Source of the DNA: Cyanobacteriota bacterium
Lineage (GTDB): Bacteria; Cyanobacteriota; Cyanobacteriia; Thermostichales; Thermostichaceae
Direction: 5' to 3'
DNA: 16,708 nt
Assembly: GCA_033764955.1 (NCBI GenBank)
Contig: JANRIL010000027.1
Span: 1-16,708, forward strand
Shown here: positions 10,081 to 16,708 of the stretch, one piece after another
Numbering within the stretch: the first letter of the stretch is position 1
Layout of the letters: each line of letters opens with the position of its first letter
The notes under the pieces: model-generated
The model's database searches: none
What the model was told of the DNA's origin: nothing
The model's input: only the letters and a program-made list of their open reading frames with translations
Made by a program: the position numbers and the translations under genes

Positions 10081-10287
10081 CTACAGTAACATCAAAGCCC
10101 AGATCCGGCTATCGTTAGCCGGCATCACCCGTCGAGACAATACAGCCGAAAATAAATGATCCAAAACATTGAGATCTTGATGGGTGTAGTCTTGCATTTT
10201 TAAGAGGGTATCTATGCCCTCCTCTTGATCGGAAGTGAGCACGCAGGTTTCCATCACCTTGGCTACAATCTCAGGAATCGTCATCAT
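10081..10287 (-). CDS. Small hypothetical protein resembling a conserved cyanobacterial family
   Basis: MTIPEIVAKVMET.VLT.DQEE.I..LL...DL.VLD.L..AVLS.RV amphipathic pattern; start placed at ATG 10287. Confidence 0.6.
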   Translation of the reverse strand: MMTIPEIVAKVMETCVLTSDQEEGIDTLLKMQDYTHQDLNVLDHLFSAVLSRRVMPANDSRIWALMLL

Positions 10288-10444
10288 AAGAGGAGTTCTC
10301 GATTTCAAGGGCAACGTCAGCAGGTATTTGCTTTTCTACAAATGAGTATCGAACGACAGACCCCTGTTCCACAGCCGCACAATCGTCGGGATCCTCTACG
10401 CGATCCGGCTGAACCTCTCTGGCCTAGATGGGGCTGAACCCTTT

Positions 10445-11800
10445 TTACGTAACTAGCGTCTTGCCCTGCATAGAAAGCTGTAGCAATTCCATAGGATGCA
10501 ACACAGGTATCGCCGCTTGATTTTTTCGTTGCAAGTGTTTCAAGATTTGCAAGCGACAGCCGATATTGGCGGATACAATCACCTCTGCCCCCGTATTGAC
10601 CAGATGGGTTACTTTTTGATCCCCCAATTCCTCGGCAACCTCCGGTTGCAAAAGGTTATAAATCCCCGAACTGCCACAACATAAGGCCGCATCAATCGGT
10701 TCACGCAGCTCTATTTGAGGAATTTGTTGGAGGAGTTGACGGGGTTGCAGACTAATTTTTTGTCCATGCAACATGTGGCAGGCATCTTGATAAACCAGCT
10801 TGAGGATCCCTGCTTTGAGGGGAAATAAAGGCGTGGTTAACCCTACTTCCGCCAGAAACTCCTGCACATCCTTGACCTGTCGAGAAAAAGCAACAGCTTT
10901 TGTGGCGTACTCCGCATCCTCCTGCAAAAGTTGTCCGTAGACTTTCAGGGTGTGTCCGCAACCGGAGGCATTGATTAAAATCGCATCCAGGGGTTCGCTT
11001 GCCTGACTAGGGGCGAAATGATCAATCATCGCTTTTGCCAAAGTCTGTGCCTGTGCCTCTTGACCTTGGTGGTGAGGCAACGCCGCACAACAGCCCTGGT
11101 TTGGGGGAATCACCACCTCACAACCATTGGCGGTTAAAACCTCCACGGTTGCTTGATTCACTTCGGGGGCAAAAAGCCGTTGCACACAACCTAAAATCAT
11201 CCCCACCCGAAACCGCCGGGATCCCTGGGCAGGAATCACTTCAGGAAAAACGCTAGCTGTTAACTGTTCTTTCCTGAGAGGGGGAAGGATCGACTCCATC
11301 GCCGCTAACTGGGGAGCCAGTTTGTTGAGGATCCCCGTTTGGCGAAACCATTTTTGTAATCCCCACTGTTGATAAGCCCAGATCGGGTAGAGAAGGGGAC
11401 GCAGCCGTTCGGGATAGGGAAATAACGAAAAAAGGGTCTGACGCAGCCATTGTTCTGGCAAGGGACGCGGGTAATGGCGTTCTATCTGGACACGGGTAGC
11501 GGCAATTAGCTGGTCGTATTGCACCCCCGATGGACAGGCGGTGACACAAGCCAAACAGCCCAAACAGCTATCAAAATGGGAAATGGTTGTGGCTGACAGT
11601 CCGATTTGCTGCTGATGGATGGCATCCATCTGATAAATTCGCCCGCGGGGAGAATCGGTTTCCTTGCCGATCACCCGATAACTGGGGCAGGTGGTCAAAC
11701 AAAACCCGCAATGCACACAGGCATCGATCAGGCGAGGATCCGGTGACTGGTCAGGGTCAAAACCGATCAGGGGGGGCGAGGTGGGCTGAGGGTCAGACAT
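10445..11800 (-). CDS. glcF: Glycolate oxidase iron-sulfur subunit
   Basis: Two 4Fe-4S motifs (CVHCGFCLTTCP, CLGCLACVTACP), SPRGRI, and two CCG domains (GCV..QGCC..ASGC; YQDACH..CCGSSG..NIGC). Start placed at ATG 11800. Confidence 0.9.
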   Translation of the reverse strand: MSDPQPTSPPLIGFDPDQSPDPRLIDACVHCGFCLTTCPSYRVIGKETDSPRGRIYQMDAIHQQQIGLSATTISHFDSCLGCLACVTACPSGVQYDQLIAATRVQIERHYPRPLPEQWLRQTLFSLFPYPERLRPLLYPIWAYQQWGLQKWFRQTGILNKLAPQLAAMESILPPLRKEQLTASVFPEVIPAQGSRRFRVGMILGCVQRLFAPEVNQATVEVLTANGCEVVIPPNQGCCAALPHHQGQEAQAQTLAKAMIDHFAPSQASEPLDAILINASGCGHTLKVYGQLLQEDAEYATKAVAFSRQVKDVQEFLAEVGLTTPLFPLKAGILKLVYQDACHMLHGQKISLQPRQLLQQIPQIELREPIDAALCCGSSGIYNLLQPEVAEELGDQKVTHLVNTGAEVIVSANIGCRLQILKHLQRKNQAAIPVLHPMELLQLSMQGKTLVT

Positions 11801-11916
11801 AAAACCAAACATTCCTAGGGGGCTGGGTTGGCAAGGGTGCAATGGCCGGGATCCCGGCGGAATGGCTCTAGTGGGGATAGTAATTGCATCCTAAACTTGT
11901 TTCGGTCGTGCCATCG

Positions 11917-12591
11917 TTATCCACTGATTTGCACGGCTCGCAGGGCTTCCATCGCTTCATGACGCAAACTTTGTGCGCGACGAAATAACTCCAGCCCGGT
12001 ATGCAGATGCCTATCGTCAAAATTGAGGGGAAAAAAAGCTAACTCTTCTAGAGCATCGTCCAGATGGTTAAGGATGTAGTAAAAACGGGTAGCCACTCCC
12101 GCCAAACTACTAGGATTTGGCCAACCGCGAAACAGGATTTGGGCTTTGCTGAGCTTCTCGCGGCAATCTTGGAGATAGCGATCAAAATCATCCACTAAGT
12201 CAGGGTCAAAAGGGTCAGCCGATAAACTATTCAGTTCGGGATTGAGAGACTTGAGCAAGCCTGCCAACAGACGGTTGAGGGGAGCATAAACCTTTTGGAT
12301 CCACTCTTGCTGGGCGGTGGCTTCATCGCTAACGGTAGCGGTAGTGACAGCTTGGGAGTAAGATGATGCCCCGGAGGTCGGCTGAATGTGTTGATCATAG
12401 GAGTGACGAGCCTCCCGATCTCGGAGAATGGCGTAGGCGGCGTTGATTTGACGAATCCGGTCGCCGTCATTTTGGGTGGCGTCGGGGTGGTGTTGCTTGA
12501 CCAAGCGGCGATAAGCCTGCTTAATCTCGGCAGGGGAAGCACTGGTGGGGATACCTAACGTGTGATAGTGGGTGGATCCCTGAGAGGTCAT
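11917..12591 (-). CDS. J-domain (DnaJ type III) protein
   Basis: N-terminal J domain HYHTLG..EIKQAYRRL..HHPD..INAAYAIL..R..YD, followed by a helical C-terminal domain. Confidence 0.9.
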   Translation of the reverse strand: MTSQGSTHYHTLGIPTSASPAEIKQAYRRLVKQHHPDATQNDGDRIRQINAAYAILRDREARHSYDQHIQPTSGASSYSQAVTTATVSDEATAQQEWIQKVYAPLNRLLAGLLKSLNPELNSLSADPFDPDLVDDFDRYLQDCREKLSKAQILFRGWPNPSSLAGVATRFYYILNHLDDALEELAFFPLNFDDRHLHTGLELFRRAQSLRHEAMEALRAVQISG

Positions 12592-12786
12592 CGAGAAAAA
12601 GCTAACTCCAGCGCCCTCATTCTATCGTCAAGTCCACCAACCCATAACTGGTTTGTCAAAGGGGTGAATGGTGGCAACCTGCCCACCCTCACCTGGGGAA
12701 ACCAGCAACCGCAGGCCAAATCATTCCATTTTCAGAAAAAAGGGTTTAGCGTGAAGCTAGAAGTCTTTGGGGTATTGCAGGCAGAA

Positions 12787-13266
12787 ATGGCTCTGGATAA
12801 TTTACGCGGTCTCTATCAGCAGGTGATTTTAGAACGCTATAAGAAACCCCATCACCGTGGACAAACAGATCCGGTTCACCGCAGGCAGCGGGGGCATAAT
12901 CCCTCCTGCGGAGACACCATTGATCTCACGTTACATTTGGACGCTGACGAACAAACGATCATCGATGTCAAATTTGAAGGGGAAGGCTGCGCGATTGCTT
13001 TAGCCTCCGCCGATCTGATGGCCGATGCGCTGCGGGGATCCCCTTTGGGGGAGGCCATGACTATGATTGAGCAGTTCCAAAAGATGATGCAGGGTAACTG
13101 GGAGTTTCCCCGTAGCCAGAGGGCACTCAATGCCATGCAGGGGGTAGCTCAATTTCCCGTCAGAATTAAGTGTGCCACTTTACCTTGGCATACTCTCAAA
13201 TATGCTCTGACCACCCCCTCTCCAGAGCCATCCACAACCTTTGTTAGTAATGAAGCCGAAACCTAA
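12787..13266 (+). CDS. sufU: SUF-system NifU/SufU-family Fe-S assembly protein
   Basis: LYQQVIL, HNPSCGD, FEGEGCAIALASA, FPVRIKCATLPWH; start placed at ATG 12787. Confidence 0.92.
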   Translation: MALDNLRGLYQQVILERYKKPHHRGQTDPVHRRQRGHNPSCGDTIDLTLHLDADEQTIIDVKFEGEGCAIALASADLMADALRGSPLGEAMTMIEQFQKMMQGNWEFPRSQRALNAMQGVAQFPVRIKCATLPWHTLKYALTTPSPEPSTTFVSNEAET

Positions 13267-13318
13267 ATAGGATGATCAGCGGGGATGTATTTACAACAAC
13301 CCGATCACCAGACTCCAG

Positions 13319-13357
13319 CTAACTCTTCGTTGCTTCAGGATGAAATACGTACCTCAT
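13319..13357 (-). pseudogene. N-terminal stub of a RelE/ParE-family toxin
   Basis: MRYVFHPEA(TKS*) starts with an ATGA overlap on the antitoxin stop. M.Y.FHPEA is a typical ParE-like N-terminus; the rest of the gene is missing. Confidence 0.65.
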
Positions 13358-13584
13358 GGCTCAATCAGCCGTCTGACCTGAGCTAAAGCACCTTCACCTG
13401 GAATTGGTTGAACAGAACCATCTCACACTTCATTTCGTCGTCGCTTGGCTTCAGTTACCCAAACTGCCTGAATTGCTGAGTCGGTGTCAAACTCTAAGCT
13501 TTCCACTCATTTGTCTGCAAGCAGTGCTCTAGACTCATTAGGTAGGGGCAATAACTCTTCAGTCAGTTGCTCGATTGACCGCAT
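13354..13584 (-). pseudogene. Addiction-module antitoxin pseudogene (TIGR02574/PF09720-like)
   Basis: Manual translation MRSIEQLTEELLPLPNESRALLADK*VESLEFDTDSAIQAVWVTEAKRRRNEV*DGSVQPIPGEGALAQVRRLIEP*; in-frame TGA at 13507-13509 and 13423-13425; GAGGG RBS upstream. Confidence 0.8.
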
Positions 13585-13729
13585 ATGCCCTCACATGGCA
13601 CTACATAGCAATATGAGTAGTTTAAGCGGTATTCGCTGCCGTTGACTGACACCCAAAGTCAACAGTTTCATAGGCTTTGCACTCCTTGCAACCGATTCGA
13701 GTGATCCCCTACATCAGGCTTGTGAAATT

Positions 13730-14332
13730 TCAAGAATAGTTGTGTGTGTAATTTGACTCAAGTTGAGAATCTAGGAGAGATAAAATATTTGGCTCGACAT
13801 CAATCGCTCATTCAGCAACTCCAGCTTGTACATGGGCACAATGTGCAGCATTATTTCTTGCATAAATCAGCTCTTGAAGACCACCAACTGTCTCTTGGGG
13901 TAGAATTTCCTGCCTACTCAGTTGACGTAAAAGATTGCTTAAAGACTTTCTCTCATTAATTCCGTGCTTCATAGCGTATTCTCGGAGTCGCGTTTCGATT
14001 TCAATTCGTAACCCCAACAAAGCAAGGTTAGGATTATGCTCAGCAATTGCTACAAAACTCGGTGATGCTGGTGTAACTGATTCAGAGGTTTGTAAAGATA
14101 GGCTGCCTGTGACTCTTTCAGCAGCTTCTCGAAGATCTCTAAATTTAACCTCTCAGCCACCCAGAAACTTGACACTTTCTATTAATTCAGAGAGACATGG
14201 AAGAACTGCGACAGTAATCAGTCCAAAAGTGGCTGTATCAATTTTAAGATCAGGGCGCCAGATTCTTACGACAATCACACAAATAGCAGCAGTAGATATA
14301 ACAATTTTCAGTCGATTAATTGAAACTTTCAT
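13730..14332 (-). pseudogene. Cassette gene remnant: N-terminal TM helices plus HEPN-like (DUF4145-like) C-terminus
   Basis: One frame from ATG 14332: MKVSINRLKIVISTAAICVIVVRIW..FLGG*EVKF..PNLALLGLRIEIETRLR..RNNAAH..VAE*AIDVEPNIL..YS*; internal TGA at 14153-14155 and 13808-13810. The end point is approximate. Confidence 0.7.
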
Positions 14333-14363
14333 AAATAATTCATTGAGCGAAATTTTTGTATTC

Positions 14364-14453
14364 GCCTAACGGCTCAAATCAGCGGCGGCAGACGACGAAC
14401 TCAAACTCATCACCAGCGGCTCCCAACAGTCCGCTGCATTTGAATTGTTAGCC
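14364..14453 (-). other. Integron attC site (90 bp)
   Basis: Minus strand: R'' GGCTAAC, AATTCA, L'' AATGCAGC, GG-A-C...GCC, L' GCTGATT, TGAGCC, R' GTTAGGC. Unpaired bases fall in the first arm, and the upstream gene's TAA lies inside R''. Confidence 0.9.
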
Positions 14454-14897
14454 TACTTTTTCGGGTATCGAAGGTAATTGTTGAAGATACTGAATGTATT
14501 CAGTAGGTAGACCATGCTCGATTGCTCCTAGAATAACCATTTGTTTGTAAGAGTCAAAAGCAACTGGATTGTCAACTAAAGAATCTGAAATGTAAGTTTC
14601 TGCTTCTGCTATTTCACCATTATCTTTCGTGACTTTTACTCTTGTTCGAGCATAGCCCTTTTCAATTCTGTCAAGTTTACTTATTTCATCAATACCAATC
14701 TCATACAAACTTCCCCATGTAACAAGACCAGGCTTATAAAACAAATTAGCTTTTCCAGAACCATCCCTACTTTTTTTACTAAACTTTACGCCCCAATCAT
14801 ACAGAACTGCACGTCCTATCACTTTGGCAGCAATAGTTCGTTGAGCCAGACGGCTTGACATCATATTTGAGCCATAAGCAAAGTATAAGATTGTCAT
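14448..14897 (-). CDS. Gamma-glutamylcyclotransferase (AIG2-like/GGCT) family protein, cassette-borne
   Basis: LYFAYGSNM, GKANL, WGSLYEI, LDRIEKGY, Y...VILGAIEHGLP.EY. Confidence 0.9.
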   Translation of the reverse strand: MTILYFAYGSNMMSSRLAQRTIAAKVIGRAVLYDWGVKFSKKSRDGSGKANLFYKPGLVTWGSLYEIGIDEISKLDRIEKGYARTRVKVTKDNGEIAEAETYISDSLVDNPVAFDSYKQMVILGAIEHGLPTEYIQYLQQLPSIPEKVG

Positions 14898-15464
14898 TCA
14901 TCCACAATGAGAAATAATGGCTTGCATTTTCTTGCGAAAATTAGACCAAGTTTCACTATTCCAATCTTCTTTCTCTAAGGTCAAACAGTAGTACTCTAGA
15001 CAATTCTCCATCTCATTATGGAATGAAGTCGCATTTATTGTTTTTGTTTTAACTTCAAAGAGAGAACCATCTCTGCGAATATGCCATCCATCCATAGTTT
15101 CTGCTTGGTGTAATATTCCACAGCGTACATTTTTGTAAAAGCTTTCTGCATAGCCTTGAAAGGCACTAAGATTTTGATTCCTGGCAAAAAAAGAACAAAA
15201 CGCCAACTTACTTCTGCTTCTTGAATTATCCCATCCCTGCCAGAAAGACTCTAAGGTTTCAATCATCAAACAGCAAATTGCCATTGTGCAAAAGCCATGT
15301 TTCAGTTTAGGGTCACAGCGTAATGGAGTAATGTACCTTTCTGTAAATCTCAATTTAATAAATTCAATAATCTTTGGTTTATCCTTCTCTTTCTCCATTT
15401 GGAGATAATCAGCGACACTGACGTTTTTAGATAGAAGCGTTTGGTATGGTATTTCTTCGCCCAT
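14898..15464 (-). CDS. Hypothetical helical protein with HEPN-like RX4H motif, cassette-borne
   Basis: CLMIETLESF..AFCSFF..FYKNVRCGILHQAET. Start placed at ATG 15464 behind AAAGGA; its stop directly abuts the GGCT ATG. The HEPN call rests on the motif only. Confidence 0.7.
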   Translation of the reverse strand: MGEEIPYQTLLSKNVSVADYLQMEKEKDKPKIIEFIKLRFTERYITPLRCDPKLKHGFCTMAICCLMIETLESFWQGWDNSRSRSKLAFCSFFARNQNLSAFQGYAESFYKNVRCGILHQAETMDGWHIRRDGSLFEVKTKTINATSFHNEMENCLEYYCLTLEKEDWNSETWSNFRKKMQAIISHCG

Positions 15465-15540
15465 TTCTGGTTCCTTTACTTTAAAGATGCCTATTGACAA
15501 CCAGATCAGCTTCAGTACTACCTCCACTGATAATTCAGCA

Positions 15541-15598
15541 GGCTAACGTCGAAGTTCAGCGGGCGCCGTATGCGATCCGCTGGAACGACCTGTTCGAC
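15541..15598 (-). other. Integron attC site (58 bp)
   Basis: Minus strand: R'' GTCGAAC, AGGTC (5), L'' GTTCCAGC (extra C), GGA...CC, L' GCTGAAC, TTCGAC (6), R' GTTAGCC; canonical 59-base-element architecture. Confidence 0.93.
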
Positions 15599-15607
15599 CG
15601 CTGCGCG

Positions 15608-16426
15608 TCATGCCAGCTTTCCCTCGAACGCGAGGAGTTGCTCGGCTTTGATGATGATGCCCAGATTGTTAGGAATTCCCGCGAGAGAAATAGCCTTCTG
15701 CTGGGTCGGCACCAACACTACGCGGATCTCGCCCTCAACGGTGTGTTGGGGGCCCGCATAGAGGATCCCCAGAAGCTTCACTCTGGATGAGCCCATGAAC
15801 GTGCCCTTCTTAGTCTGATACCCACCGACTTCAAAGAGCATTACCGGCGACCCGCTGGAGCCGGGGAAGCAGGCAGCGTCGATCAAGAACTCCTTCTTGC
15901 CGTTCCAGTCCCGCTTGTAGTCAGTAGCCAACACTCCACGTCGAAATATCGGAAGGTTGTTGGCACTGTCCCAGAGCCCGTTGGGATAACCGACCATAGT
16001 GATGCTTTCAAGGCCAACCATGTCCTCAATTTCTTCCGCGGAGGGAATCAACGTCTTGTCCATCGTGGAAAAGAAGAACTGTTTCCCGGTCTTCTGTGCC
16101 TCATTCAAAAGCGGCGCAATTGGCATCACGCAGAGATCCACAGCAGGATCGGGATGCGGCAGCCAACGCTGCTCGAAAGAATCGAGCTCGTACGCCTGGC
16201 ACTGCCCCACCACCGGCAATCCATCACTACCTTGCAAGGTGAGGAGAAAGCGCCCCTTCTTCGCACCCGTCACGACATGCTTGTTCGTCACGATCACCGG
16301 AGTGTACTGATCACCTCTCTTGTCAAGGCTGTAGAAGAAGCCGGTACCTGTCCCGACACCGGTGGGGAGGTCGCACTCTATGCGCACCGTGCTGTGTGCG
16401 AGCTGTTCAGCGAGACTTAGAGACAT
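15608..16426 (-). CDS. Trypsin-like serine protease, cassette-borne
   Basis: GTGFFY, VTNKHVV (His), VDLCVM (Asp), VGYPNG, FPGSSGSPV (Ser); no signal peptide evident. Confidence 0.9.
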   Translation of the reverse strand: MSLSLAEQLAHSTVRIECDLPTGVGTGTGFFYSLDKRGDQYTPVIVTNKHVVTGAKKGRFLLTLQGSDGLPVVGQCQAYELDSFEQRWLPHPDPAVDLCVMPIAPLLNEAQKTGKQFFFSTMDKTLIPSAEEIEDMVGLESITMVGYPNGLWDSANNLPIFRRGVLATDYKRDWNGKKEFLIDAACFPGSSGSPVMLFEVGGYQTKKGTFMGSSRVKLLGILYAGPQHTVEGEIRVVLVPTQQKAISLAGIPNNLGIIIKAEQLLAFEGKLA

Positions 16427-16439
16427 AAGTCATTCAGCG

Positions 16440-16525
16440 GTCGAACGGTTGAATTGAGCGGACGCAAATGCTTTTTGAATCAACGATAGCGTTTACCGAC
16501 GTTCCGCTCCAATGAAGTGTTAGCT
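16440..16525 (-). other. Integron attC site (86 bp)
   Basis: Minus strand: R'' AGCTAAC, ACTTC (5), L'' ATTGGAGC, GG-A-ACG...CGTCC, L' GCTCAAT, TCAACC (6), R' GTTCGAC. Confidence 0.92.
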
Positions 16526-16708
16526 GGCTGAGTGCAACTGCTGGAGGAATTCTTGATAAATCGGCTTATGTGACGCTGAAAAGTTCTCCATGCCTGTCTT
16601 TGTTAAGTTTCCGCTCTTTCCAGTATGCGGATTCTTTACATAGCTAGAAATCACTTTTGGGCGTTCTGGATTCTCATGCCAGGTAATGTTGAAAGCTGCG
16701 TATTTTGG
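16520..16708 (-). CDS. 3' end of an unknown cassette gene, truncated by window end
   Basis: Open frame PKYAAFNITWHENPERPKVISSYVKNPHTGKSGNLTKTGMENFSASHKPIYQEFLQQLHSAS* with its TAA inside the attC R'' box; absent from the ORF track. Confidence 0.7.
   Translation of the reverse strand, partial: PKYAAFNITWHENPERPKVISSYVKNPHTGKSGNLTKTGMENFSASHKPIYQEFLQQLHSAS

Larger units (their letters stand above)
2386..13042. repeat. Dispersed highly iterated palindrome GGGATCCC (HIP variant)
   Basis: About 17 exact copies by manual scan (2386, 2884, 3247, 3731, 4193, 4528, 5012, 5185, 5494, 8226, 8572, 8807, 8926, 9714, 11218, 11848, 13035) plus many one-mismatch copies; under one copy is expected by chance. 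Confidence 0.88.
13319..16708 (-). mobile_element. Integron gene-cassette array (integrase not in window)
   Basis: Three co-oriented attC sites each follow a minus-strand gene; cassette ends are mutually complementary; base composition is heterogeneous. The left boundary is uncertain. Confidence 0.88.

Noticed and set aside
13641..13663. Hairpin GTTGACT-N9-AGTCAAC and nearby CCGCTTAAA as the missing attC between the two pseudogenes
   Set aside because: R''/L''/L'/R' spacing cannot be assembled and there is no GCCTAAC; at best an unrecognisable remnant.
13730..14332. TGA-as-Trp recoding (genetic code 4 donor) to explain the two stops
   Set aside because: The neighbouring antitoxin also has TGA stops at non-Trp-like positions and the region has lost its attC; ordinary decay is simpler.
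13935..14369. 144-aa plus-strand ORF ending at the attC
   Set aside because: It is the antisense shadow of the minus-strand pseudogene, which has protein-like motifs and matches the array orientation.
14364..16525. Reading the palindromes as terminators, REP elements or CRISPR repeats
   Set aside because: No poly-U tails, no identical repeats or regular spacers; the box structure and cassette-end complementarity fit attC.

Overview
Cyanobacterial chromosomal window. About 17 exact GGGATCCC palindromes (manual count) suggest a Thermostichus/hot-spring Synechococcus-like lineage. Left to right: the 3' end of an IS200/IS605 tnpB element whose right end supplies the hflX stop codon; hflX; valS; an AT-rich operon of SynDLP-type dynamin, degenerate KGK, KGK and HNH; an ABC permease; a small hypothetical; glcF; a J-domain protein; sufU. 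From about 13.3 kb to the window end lies a minus-strand integron gene-cassette array with three clear attC sites (14364-14453, 15541-15598, 16440-16525). Its cassettes are a partial unknown gene, a trypsin-like serine protease and a two-gene HEPN-like + gamma-glutamylcyclotransferase unit. Its decayed distal end holds a TM+HEPN-like pseudogene and a broken toxin-antitoxin pair. No integrase is in the window; array orientation predicts any attI/intI lies beyond the right edge.
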